56,064 nucleotides of DNA, from assembly GCA_012521465.1 (NCBI GenBank), contig JAAYMI010000109.1, positions 1 through 56,064 of the forward strand, read 5' to 3'. Positions 38,625-47,120 of the stretch are shown in pieces. The stretch is from Bacillota bacterium. GTDB lineage: Bacteria; Bacillota; Limnochordia; Darwinibacteriales; Darwinibacteriaceae. How positions within the stretch are numbered: position 1 is the first letter of the stretch; the number at the start of each line of letters is the position of its first letter. Below the pieces are notes generated by a model. The model saw only the letters and a program-made list of their open reading frames with translations. It was not told the DNA's origin and searched no databases. Position numbers and translations under genes: made by a program.

Positions 38625-39900
38625 GGGACACCTCCTGCTTTTCGTCAAATTTAAGGAACCGAGCAAATAGGGCGCTGATCACCATCAACACAAAGGGGAA
38701 AATCACCAGGAGGAACCGCACCGCTTGGGCCGGATTTGGTCCTGGTGCATCACCGCTTTCGAAGCCGTACCAAGCGTAAACGAGGTAAAAAGCTAAGCTG
38801 GTGAACAAGCCGTTCAACCTGTTCATAAACCCAATCGCGTTGGAATAGATCGCTTCTCGCCTAACACCTGACTTGGCGGAATCCTCGTCGATAATGCGGG
38901 CCCCTATCAGGTCCATGGTGCAGATCACCCCGGCGAAGCCGATGCCTACCAAGGCGCTGGCCAGCATGGCAGTGACCAGCGAGTTAACGAAGTACAAGGG
39001 AATGAAGCTCACCGCCAGCACCACCAGTGCAGCCCGCCACACAGGGACTACTGCATAGCGCTTCACAAGTCTGGCCCAAACCCCAATGGCAGCGATGGCA
39101 ATCAGGAGCACCGTGGCAAAGAGCAGCGTAGCCTGGGCGTCCGCTACCTGGAGGACATATTTCACGTAGAAGGGTATGCTCGCCAGCACCAACGACATGG
39201 TGGCGCTGTAGAACGCGTTGGCGAATCCGGCGATCCAGAACTTCTGGTTGGCGGCCAGAGTCTTGATGCTGTCCCACAGCTGGGGCTTCGCTTGCTTTTG
39301 ATACTCTGGATTCTCATAGCAGCCGAATGTGCTGTAGAGGATCACCCCTGCCCCGAGAATACCGTACAGTAAGGCAGTCAAGGGGTAGCCGAGCGCGCCT
39401 GCCACCATGGGGGTTAGGGCAATACTGATGATCATGGCCACCAGCTGGAAGGCCTGGCGCATAGCATTGGTGGATGCCCGCACAGCATCGTCCTGGAATA
39501 GCTCTGGGAAGAGGGCACCGTAGTTGGCGTTGACGAGGGAGTCGATGGTTCCGGTGAAGATGTAGGAGATGAGGAAATAGACAAACAAGGCGTTACCCGC
39601 CAAGAAACTGGGCGGATTGTAGAAGGCCAGAAGACCCAACCCCAACAGGGGAGCGCCGATCACAAGCCACGGCCTGCGCCTTCCCCAGCGAGTGCGTGTG
39701 CGATCAGAGAGATAGCCGTAGATGGGATTATCGAGGGCGTCAATAAAGGTATAGATAAAAAGTGTCAGAGAAAACAGCGCGGTACTGAGGCCAAGCTGAT
39801 CCACATAGTAAATCGCAGCATAGGTCTTGAATATGTTGATGGGTATCGAAGTGCCGAACATGCCCACTGCATAGCGCACAGGCTTTGTCTGCCGATTCAT
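38599..39900 (-). CDS. glycoside-pentoside-hexuronide (GPH) family sugar:cation symporter
   Basis: It has the loop motif DALDNPIYGYLSDRTRTRWGRRRPW typical of MelB/GPH transporters. Confidence 0.8.
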   Translation of the reverse strand: MNRQTKPVRYAVGMFGTSIPINIFKTYAAIYYVDQLGLSTALFSLTLFIYTFIDALDNPIYGYLSDRTRTRWGRRRPWLVIGAPLLGLGLLAFYNPPSFLAGNALFVYFLISYIFTGTIDSLVNANYGALFPELFQDDAVRASTNAMRQAFQLVAMIISIALTPMVAGALGYPLTALLYGILGAGVILYSTFGCYENPEYQKQAKPQLWDSIKTLAANQKFWIAGFANAFYSATMSLVLASIPFYVKYVLQVADAQATLLFATVLLIAIAAIGVWARLVKRYAVVPVWRAALVVLAVSFIPLYFVNSLVTAMLASALVGIGFAGVICTMDLIGARIIDEDSAKSGVRREAIYSNAIGFMNRLNGLFTSLAFYLVYAWYGFESGDAPGPNPAQAVRFLLVIFPFVLMVISALFARFLKFDEKQEVSHGRPVPHH

Positions 39901-39911
39901 ACTGCCCCTCC

Positions 39912-39956
39912 GTTCCTAGGAAAAAACTCCCTTTTTCTGAAGAGTATTCTAGGAAC
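39912..39956 (-). promoter_or_regulatory. nested inverted repeat abutting the GPH transporter RBS
   Basis: The outer arms are GTTCCTAG (39912-39919) and CTAGGAAC (39949-39956). They enclose the inner hairpin GAAAAAA-CTCCC-TTTTTC. The element lies between the nrdG stop and the transporter start. Confidence 0.4.
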
Positions 39957-39976
39957 GCTCGGCCCATACCTGCCAG

Positions 39977-40663
39977 CTATGTTCCGCGAATCACAACTTC
40001 TGCCGCCCAAGTGCCTGCGAGCTGCGCTGCTGCGCGAAACCAGGGCAGCTCGTGGGGGGCAACCAGCCCATACTGGGGATCTAAGGTCTTCCCCGGGCGA
40101 AACTGCTGGAGCGCATATCTGGGAACAGCGCCCAGCCAGCTGCCTACAGCGGCAATGTCCGCCAGTTCCACCAAGCCCGGGACCGCGGTTGTCCTGAGCT
40201 CGTACTCCCCACCAAACTGTCTCAGCACCGCCGCACTGGCGGCGACTAGGTCAGGGTCAACGGACCCACCGCAGGCCAGGTCGTACTTCGCCGGTGACGT
40301 CTTCACATCCAGGGCAGTGTAATCCACTAACCCATCCTGCAGCAGCTCTGCTAAGTGTTCTGGCGCAGTACCGTTCGTATCAAGCTTCACAGCGTAGCCA
40401 AGCTCCTTCACCTGGACTAAGAACTCCCTCAGGCCGGGGTGAAGCGTGGGCTCCCCTCCCGAAACGCACACACCCTTAAGTCTCCCGGCCCGCTGCGCCA
40501 GGAACGCCAGAACTTCTGCTATCGCCACCGCCTCAGAGCCGGACACCAACTCGGGATTGTGGCAGAACGGACAGCGCAGGTTGCAGCCGGCAGTAAAGAC
40601 CACCGCGGCCGGCCGCCCGGGAAAGTCTGCTAATGTGAAAGGAATTATGCCGCCGATTTTCAT
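39977..40663 (-). CDS. nrdG: anaerobic ribonucleoside-triphosphate reductase activating protein (radical SAM)
   Basis: It has the CNLRCPFCHN cluster motif and GVCVSGGEPT, and lies directly downstream of nrdD. Confidence 0.9.
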   Translation of the reverse strand: MKIGGIIPFTLADFPGRPAAVVFTAGCNLRCPFCHNPELVSGSEAVAIAEVLAFLAQRAGRLKGVCVSGGEPTLHPGLREFLVQVKELGYAVKLDTNGTAPEHLAELLQDGLVDYTALDVKTSPAKYDLACGGSVDPDLVAASAAVLRQFGGEYELRTTAVPGLVELADIAAVGSWLGAVPRYALQQFRPGKTLDPQYGLVAPHELPWFRAAAQLAGTWAAEVVIRGT

Positions 40664-42745
40664 CTACGCACCCTGACCGACTCGGAATGTTTTCCGCTCC
40701 CCAAACTCTGTCTGCTTGCCCAGATTCCAATTCTTGACGGGACGGTAGAACCCCACAACCCGGCTCCATACCTCTGTCGCCTGCCCGCAGTGAGGACAAT
40801 CTGGCTGTTCGCCTCGGAGGTAGCCGTGCTCCGAGCAGATGCTGAAGGTGGGTGTGAGGGTAAAGTATGGAACCTCATACTGCATAAAGACTGTCCGCAG
40901 GGTCTCCCGCACTGCCTGAATGTCGTCCACTTGTTCCCCGAGAAAGGCGTGGAAGACTGTGCCTCCGGTATACAAAATCTGCAGGTCGTTTTGCAGATCG
41001 AGCGCGGCAAACAGATCATGCGTATAATTTACGGGCAGCTGGGTGGAGTTGGTGTAGTACACACCCTTCCCCTCCCCAGCGGTCGTGATCAGGGGATAGG
41101 CCTCCTTATCCAGTCTGGCCAGGCGATACGATGTGCCCTCGGCGGGAGTGGCTTCCAGGTTAAACAGCTGGCCTGTCTCGGCTTGGAACTCCACCAAGCG
41201 GGCCCGCATAAACTCCAGTACTTCTTTGGCAAATGCCTGGCCCTGGGGAGTAGCTAGGTCGCAGTGCAGGAAGTTGAGCGCGGCTTCGTTCATGCCCACC
41301 AGCCCAATGGTGTTGAAGTGGTTGTCCCAATACCTGCCAAACCGCTCATACACACCGCTCAGGTAAGCCCGAGAATATGGGAACAGGCCTTTTTGCATGA
41401 GATCCTCCAGCACGCGGCGCTTAAGGAGCAGGCTTTCCTTGGCAAGTTCCATCAAGCGGGTTAAGCGCTGGAAAAACTCCGCCTTGTCCCAACTCAAATA
41501 GCCAATGCGCGGTAGGTTGATGGTGACAACTCCGATGGAACCAGTGAGGGGATTCGCGCCAAACAGTCCTCCACCGCGCTTGCGGAGCTCTCGGGCGTCA
41601 AGCCTGAGTCGGCAGCACATGCTGCGCACATCATCGGGGGAAAGGTCTGAGTTAAGGAAGTTGGTGAAGTAGGGAATACCGTACTTGGCAGTCATGGCCA
41701 GCACCTTGCTGAACACAGGCGACTCCCAGTCCAAGTCCGCGGTAATATTGTAAGTAGGGATGGGGAAGCTGAAGGTGCGGCCTTTGGCATCGCCTTCCAT
41801 CATCACTTCGCAGAATGCCATATTCAGCATATCCATTTCCCGCTGGTAATCCCCATAGCAGGTATCCTGGTACTCTCCGCCGATGATCACAGGGCTGTTT
41901 TTCAGCTGACCCGATGGGGTGAGATCCATGGTGATGTTCACAAACGGCGTCTGGAAGCCCACCCTAGTGGGAACGTTCAGGTTGAAGACAAACTCCTGCA
42001 TCGCCTGTTTGACCTGGGGATAATCCAAGCCGTCGTGGCGGATGAACGGCGCGAGGTATGTATCGAAGTTGGCAAAAGCCTGCGCGCCGGCTGCTTCACC
42101 CTGCAGCGTGTAGAAAAAGTTGGCCACCTGTCCCAGCGCTGTGCGGAAATGCCGCGCCGGGGTGCTCTCCACCTTTTCACTTACACCAGCAAAGCCCTTC
42201 AGGAGCAGATCCTCTAGATTCCACCCGCAGCAGTATGGCGCCAGCAGGCCTAAATCGTGGATGTGGAAATCACCCTGCACATGGGCGTCCCGGATTTCTT
42301 GGGGATAGACTTCTTCCAGCCAATACTTGGAGCTCACTGCGGAAATAATGTGGTTATTTAGTCCCTGCAGGGAATAGTTCATGTTGCTGTTTTCGTTTAC
42401 ACGCCAATCAGCCCGGCCCAGGTATTCGCTGATCATCTTCTGGGCATCCACAATGCTGCGAGTAAAATCCCGGAACTTGTGGCGCTGCTGCCGGTAAAGA
42501 ATGTACGCCTTGGCCATCTCTGCCTCGTTCTGGGAGATGAGGACGCGTTCCACAATATCCTGGATCCCTTCCACTGTGGGCATCTCGCGCCAATCGATCT
42601 GCTGAACCACCAGTTCCGCCAGCTCTTCAGCTCGGGCCCAATCGGGTTTCTGCACAGCCTTGCCTGCTTTGTAGATTGCGTTTGCGATGCGTCCTTGGTC
42701 AAATGGCACAATTCTGCCGTCGCGCTTTTTAATCAGAGGTTGCAC
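40664..42745 (-). CDS. nrdD: anaerobic ribonucleoside-triphosphate reductase
   Basis: It has an N-terminal ATP-cone (IKKRDGRIVPFD), a C-terminal zinc site (CSEHGY...CPHCG) and the glycyl-radical motif SRVVGFYRP. The GTG start is preceded by GGGGAGGA. Confidence 0.95.
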   Translation of the reverse strand: MQPLIKKRDGRIVPFDQGRIANAIYKAGKAVQKPDWARAEELAELVVQQIDWREMPTVEGIQDIVERVLISQNEAEMAKAYILYRQQRHKFRDFTRSIVDAQKMISEYLGRADWRVNENSNMNYSLQGLNNHIISAVSSKYWLEEVYPQEIRDAHVQGDFHIHDLGLLAPYCCGWNLEDLLLKGFAGVSEKVESTPARHFRTALGQVANFFYTLQGEAAGAQAFANFDTYLAPFIRHDGLDYPQVKQAMQEFVFNLNVPTRVGFQTPFVNITMDLTPSGQLKNSPVIIGGEYQDTCYGDYQREMDMLNMAFCEVMMEGDAKGRTFSFPIPTYNITADLDWESPVFSKVLAMTAKYGIPYFTNFLNSDLSPDDVRSMCCRLRLDARELRKRGGGLFGANPLTGSIGVVTINLPRIGYLSWDKAEFFQRLTRLMELAKESLLLKRRVLEDLMQKGLFPYSRAYLSGVYERFGRYWDNHFNTIGLVGMNEAALNFLHCDLATPQGQAFAKEVLEFMRARLVEFQAETGQLFNLEATPAEGTSYRLARLDKEAYPLITTAGEGKGVYYTNSTQLPVNYTHDLFAALDLQNDLQILYTGGTVFHAFLGEQVDDIQAVRETLRTVFMQYEVPYFTLTPTFSICSEHGYLRGEQPDCPHCGQATEVWSRVVGFYRPVKNWNLGKQTEFGERKTFRVGQGA

Positions 42746-42769
42746 TGCCTGTCCTCCCCATCAAGGATG

Positions 42770-42801
42770 AAAAGCCCTCCTGTGTTAGGACGGGCTTTTT
42801 C
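42770..42801 (-). terminator. terminator-like hairpin inside the nrdD leader, 10 nt upstream of its RBS
   Basis: The minus strand reads GAAAAAGCCCGTCCT-AACAC-AGGAGGGCTTTTC, an 8-bp GC-rich stem with one bulge followed by a U-tract. Confidence 0.55.
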
Positions 42802-42890
42802 TTACTTCGCTGCCGCACCAGATTTCCCCTGCGGGCGATAGATGTTTTGTTATTCTGAATTTCAACATACTGTATACTAGCAGGTAACTA

Positions 42891-43919
42891 CTATACTAGA
42901 TATGCGATTTCTCCCTTAGGGAAGCGGGCCGCGATCGCGTCTGTAAAGAAGTCCTTGATCTCCGCCATCTGCTCCTGCGGATAGACATACTTGCCGTAGC
43001 CGAACTGACCATATTTGAACTGCCGCTCAGCTTCATCCAGCGGCAGGGTCGAATCTGGATAGACGCGCTCAATGCTGCGTTTGGCACGAGTCGTAAAGCG
43101 GTGGGTGATCAGTTCGAATCTGGGAGAAAGAACTGCAGGCAGCGCCTCGGCCAAGTCGTCGAGGAGCTTGGCGTATTCTGTCCGCCAATTTGGATAGATG
43201 AAGATCGGCGCAATGAGAAAGCCAAGGGGGTAGCCAGCGGCTGCTGTCCTTGTCGCGGCACGGATCCTTTCTTCTTTTGAGGTTGTACCCCGTTCGTAGG
43301 TGCCAATGATGCGGGCTGTATTGAGGGAATAGCGCACTTCTGTGCGGCCGTTGTGCTCGGCATCGAGGATGGAATCGATGGCACTGAACTTGGTGACAAA
43401 CCGAAAGCGGCCCGACTCCTGCCTGGCGAAATACTCAATTGCGGCACGCAGGGCGCCTGTGAAATGCTCGGTGGGCACAGGATCGGACGTGGCAGCACCC
43501 TCAAAAATGGTGACCTCCGGTGCGCGCTCCGCGATGTACTTTCCCGCCCTGTCCAGAATCTCCTCAATATTGACGTACACTCTGTTGATGGGTTTTGGGC
43601 CGAGCGTGGTCTGCAGGTAGCAGTACTCGCAAAACCCCGGACAGCTTGTAACCAGGGGCAGTTGGTAGTGAGCAGATGGTCTGCAGGAGGCAAACGTCAG
43701 AGTGCGCCGCACTCCCACAACCAAACTCAGTTTAGCCTGCACGTACTGCTCCCGCGGCGTCTTCCCAGGAATGCCCGTTACCCGATTGTGAGAGGTAGTG
43801 ATAAGAACCGGAATCCCCATTGCCGTGAACGTCTCCCGCAGCCTGCGGCCGACGGGATAGTCCAGCGCCTCTGGCTCAAAATACACCCGCTTGGGAACGA
43901 ACGGGATCAAACCAACCAC
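42891..43919 (-). CDS. splB: spore photoproduct lyase (radical SAM)
   Basis: It has the CPGFCEYCYL (CxxxCxxC) motif, the N-terminus RVYFEPEALDYP, and a length of 342 aa. Confidence 0.9.
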   Translation of the reverse strand: MVGLIPFVPKRVYFEPEALDYPVGRRLRETFTAMGIPVLITTSHNRVTGIPGKTPREQYVQAKLSLVVGVRRTLTFASCRPSAHYQLPLVTSCPGFCEYCYLQTTLGPKPINRVYVNIEEILDRAGKYIAERAPEVTIFEGAATSDPVPTEHFTGALRAAIEYFARQESGRFRFVTKFSAIDSILDAEHNGRTEVRYSLNTARIIGTYERGTTSKEERIRAATRTAAAGYPLGFLIAPIFIYPNWRTEYAKLLDDLAEALPAVLSPRFELITHRFTTRAKRSIERVYPDSTLPLDEAERQFKYGQFGYGKYVYPQEQMAEIKDFFTDAIAARFPKGEIAYLV

Positions 43920-43970
43920 CCTTCCATCAGAAATCTAATCTTAGTATGCTCCACAAAGAAACTCTAGGGC

Positions 43971-43999
43971 TTGACTATATTTGTCAGACATTGTATACT
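43971..43999 (+). promoter_or_regulatory. putative sigma-A-type promoter of the peroxiredoxin gene
   Basis: It reads TTGACT-17 nt-TATACT. An imperfect palindrome, CTTTACATATAGTAAG, follows immediately. Confidence 0.5.
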
Positions 44000-44040
44000 T
44001 TACATATAGTAAGAGCGATTATTATTAAGGAGGGTTTTTG

Positions 44041-44715
44041 ATGGAAGAGATCAAGGTGACGCGCATGCCCCTTATTGGAGACCCGGCACCGAGTTTTAAG
44101 GCCAAGACCACCCAAGGAGAGATCAATTTCCCGGCGGATTACAAAGGCAAGTGGGTAATCCTCTTCTCCCACCCCGCGGACTTTACTCCCGTCTGTACCA
44201 CTGAGTTTATGACCTTTGCCTCCATGGAACAAGAATTCAAGGCTCTTAACACTGAGCTGGTGGGACTATCGGTAGACTCCCTCTATGCCCACATCGCCTG
44301 GCTGCGGAAGATCCAGGAACTCGAGTGGAAGGGCATGAAGAACGTTGAGGTCAAGTTCCCTGTGATTGAAGACATCACCATGGAAGTGGCTAACAAGTAT
44401 GGGATGATTCAGCCAGGCCAGTCCAACACCCAAGCAGTGCGGGCTGTGTTTATCATTGATCCGAAAGGCATAATCCGCACAATCCTGTACTATCCCCTCT
44501 CCACTGGCCGGAACTTCGACGAGATCAAGCGGATCATCCAGGCTCTCCAGAAGGCTGATCAGGACAATGTAGCCACACCCGCTGACTGGCGTCCAGGCGA
44601 TGATGTGATAGTTCCTACAGCCGGTTCCTGTGGTGTCGCGAAGGAACGGATGGAAAATCCAGGCGATGACGTCTACTGCCTCGATTGGTTCCTCTGCTTC
44701 AAGAGGGAAAACTAA
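44041..44715 (+). CDS. peroxiredoxin (Prx6/archaeal-type)
   Basis: It has the peroxidatic Cys motif HPADFTPVCTTE and the C-terminal CLDWFLCF pair. The RBS is AAGGAGGG. Confidence 0.9.
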   Translation: MEEIKVTRMPLIGDPAPSFKAKTTQGEINFPADYKGKWVILFSHPADFTPVCTTEFMTFASMEQEFKALNTELVGLSVDSLYAHIAWLRKIQELEWKGMKNVEVKFPVIEDITMEVANKYGMIQPGQSNTQAVRAVFIIDPKGIIRTILYYPLSTGRNFDEIKRIIQALQKADQDNVATPADWRPGDDVIVPTAGSCGVAKERMENPGDDVYCLDWFLCFKREN

Positions 44716-44724
44716 GCCTAAAGA

Positions 44725-44751
44725 TGAGCGCACCCACCGGGGGTGCGCTCA
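44725..44751. terminator. bidirectional terminator between convergent prx and SDR genes
   Basis: The sequence is TGAGCGCACCC-ACCGG-GGGTGCGCTCA. Confidence 0.65.
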
Positions 44752-44752
44752 C

Positions 44753-45556
44753 TCATTTGAAGTTGAACAGCTTGAGGACGAGAAAGTCTCCCAGACGGGG
44801 AAAGAGGGTATAGAACCTGGCTCCCAGTTCCATCATGAGAGGAAGGTTGACTTCCCGACATGGCCGGCCCATGGCCTGTACCACTTTTTTGGCGACTTTG
44901 TCGGCATCAAGCACCACAAACCCGAGACGTTTAAGGTAATCACCTGTTTGATCCGCCGCCGCAAAAAAGTCGGTCGCGATGGGGCCTGGATTTACCGTTG
45001 TGACATAGACGCCGTGGGGCCTGAGCTCCAAACGCAGGGCATTTGAGTAGCCCAGCACCGCAAACTTGGTTGCCGAATAGCAGGTGGACTTCGGCGTTGC
45101 CGTCTTGCCGCCTTGAGATGCAATATTGATAATCTGGCCACTTCGCCGCGCCACCATCTGCGGGGCCACTAATCTGGTCAGATGCATCATGCCCAGGATA
45201 TTCACCCGGAACATTCGCTCGGCAATCTCCATGTCAAAATCCACCGCTTCGGCGAAGTACCCAAAGCCCGCGTTGTTCACGAGAACATCAATCTGGCCGA
45301 ACTTATCCAGGACTTCTTCCACAGCGTGCCTAATCTGGGCTGGATCGGCTGCGTCCATGACCACCGCGTGGGCATCGCCGCCCGAAAGCTGGGTGCATTT
45401 GTCGCGAACCTGCAGCAGCCTCTCCCGGCGCCGTGCTGCGACGGCCACCCGCGCCCCCGCCTGCGCCGCTCTGTAGGCGATCTGCTCACCGAGACCGCTC
45501 GATCCGCCCGTGATGAACACCACTCTGCCTGCTAAAAACTGATTCTTCCTTTCCAT
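44753..45556 (-). CDS. SDR family oxidoreductase
   Basis: It has TGGSSGLG (TGxxxGxG), NNAG and YSATK (YxxxK) motifs. I chose the ATG at 45556, which follows a GGAGG. Confidence 0.85.
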   Translation of the reverse strand: MERKNQFLAGRVVFITGGSSGLGEQIAYRAAQAGARVAVAARRRERLLQVRDKCTQLSGGDAHAVVMDAADPAQIRHAVEEVLDKFGQIDVLVNNAGFGYFAEAVDFDMEIAERMFRVNILGMMHLTRLVAPQMVARRSGQIINIASQGGKTATPKSTCYSATKFAVLGYSNALRLELRPHGVYVTTVNPGPIATDFFAAADQTGDYLKRLGFVVLDADKVAKKVVQAMGRPCREVNLPLMMELGARFYTLFPRLGDFLVLKLFNFK

Positions 45557-45558
45557 TT

Positions 45559-46272
45559 CTAAAACCTCCAGCGCAGCACTGCTAACACCGCTTGATGCAG
45601 AGGATAAAACAGATAAAACAGCCACCTGCTCCAGGGGCCACCGCCCTTCTCGCCGTTATAGAGGCGCAGCAGGAACACACTCAGCAGGACGCCTCCTTGG
45701 AACCAGCTGTAATGCAGTGCCCAAGCAAAACTGTATCCATTGAGCATCCGCCATGCCGCCTGTCCAGCCATCATCGCCAAACTGGCAGCTGCAAGCAGGG
45801 CAGTGAGGCGGGGCCAGTCACCCGACATGCTGTAGAAACCGAGGCAGAGGACAACCCCAACCACACTCCAGTCCGCAGGCACCGCCAGCAGCAGGAGGAG
45901 CCCAATAAGCCCCCAGCGTTTACTCTCGTTAGGAATCGTCTCCAGGCAGTGAATGGCTAGAAGACCGATGAGGAGCGTGTAGATGACATTCAACGGAAAC
46001 AGCGCCGCGCGACCGAGACTGTAGTACGTAAAGGGAAGCTGCGAAATGAGGGCAAATACCGCCAGCCGCGCGGCATAGCGGCGCAGGGACCGGGTGTGGC
46101 GGTATCCTTCCGCAATGAAGAAACACATGATAGGAGCAGTAAGCCGCCCGACCATATGCAGCAGCTGGCCGAGGCCTGTATCCAAATCCACATAGTACCA
46201 GGCGAGGTGGTCAATGAGCATGGCGGTAATGGCGATCAGCTTCAGCTGAAAAGCTGTTAGGCCCTTCTGCAC
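45559..46272 (-). CDS. TraX family membrane protein
   Basis: The N-terminus reads LKLIAITAMLIDHLAWY, and the protein is multi-pass hydrophobic. Its stop abuts the SDR start. Confidence 0.65.
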   Translation of the reverse strand: MQKGLTAFQLKLIAITAMLIDHLAWYYVDLDTGLGQLLHMVGRLTAPIMCFFIAEGYRHTRSLRRYAARLAVFALISQLPFTYYSLGRAALFPLNVIYTLLIGLLAIHCLETIPNESKRWGLIGLLLLLAVPADWSVVGVVLCLGFYSMSGDWPRLTALLAAASLAMMAGQAAWRMLNGYSFAWALHYSWFQGGVLLSVFLLRLYNGEKGGGPWSRWLFYLFYPLHQAVLAVLRWRF

Positions 46273-46341
46273 AGGAATCCCTCCCAGCAGGACAGTGGGT
46301 GTGTCCGTCGAAATTAACCTGCATTACTTCTATGGAGGTTA

Positions 46342-47120
46342 GTGGTGAAACCGTATCTGGCAGCATTCATTTCATCGTGTCTTTTTGGACTATCGTTCAC
46401 CTTTTCCCGCAGTGCCCTCCAGCATGTGGATCCCATGCAGATGCTGAGCTTTCGCTTCCTGTTGGCTGCCGCACTAATGCACGCCCTGCGGGCTGTGGGT
46501 GTGATCAAACTGGACCTGCGCTCTAAGGACATCCGCCCTCTGCTCATGCTTGGAGTCATCCAACCGGTGCTGTACTTCATCTTTGAGACGGTGGGGATCT
46601 CCCTCACCTCGGCTTCTGAAGCCAGTATCGTGGGGGCCCTCATCCCCGTCTTCACGGTGCTTTTCGCAGTGATCTTTCTGAAGGAGCGCCCCACGTGGGT
46701 GCAGCTGTGCTTTGCTGCAGTTTCTGTTGCAGGCGTGCTGCTCATCGCTGCGGTAGAAGCCCTGGGCGAGGCGAGCGGCAACTTGGCAGGCCTTATCATA
46801 CTCCTTGGGGCCCCGATCTGCGCAGCCTGCTTTCTTTCCTTGCACCCCTCGCTCAGCCCCCAGTGTGGACCGCCGTGCTCTACCTCGGAGCCTTTTCCTC
46901 GGTCGGTGCTTTCTTTTTGGTCAACTATGTCCTCTCTCAGCTGGAGGCATACCGCATGAGCGTGTTCAATAACCTCACTACCCTGATTGCGGTAGCCGCG
47001 GCTGTCCTGATCTTGCAAGAACCCCTCCCCTGGTACCATGTGGTGGGAGGGGCCCTCATTATCTCGGGGGTGTGGGGAACCACTGCCGCGAGTGCCAAAG
47101 GCAGGGCAGGCCGCGCTTAG
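46342..47120 (+). pseudogene. DMT/EamA family transporter split by a frameshift near 46831-46841
   Basis: The first EamA repeat reads in frame 1 (46342 onward). The second repeat (PPVWTAVLYLGAFSSVGAFFL ... ALIISGV) reads only in the frame of ORF 46695..47120. The two frames overlap at the run TTTCTTTCCTT. Confidence 0.6.

Noticed and set aside
42806-42850. A resemblance to the 5' part of a cobalamin riboswitch (GGGGAAATCTGGTGCGGCAGC) in the nrdD leader.
   Set aside because: - The whole leader is only about 145 nt.
- I could find no B12-box-like GCCACTG element or the other conserved helices.
- The call cannot be made without a covariance-model scan.
42865-42900. Possible tandem NrdR boxes upstream of nrdD.
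   Set aside because: - The best alignments to the 16-bp consensus acaCwAtATaTwGtgt reach only about 10/16 by eye.
- The 19-bp spacing of the CTAGTATA repeat does not match the usual box spacing.
- I kept it only as a direct-repeat observation.
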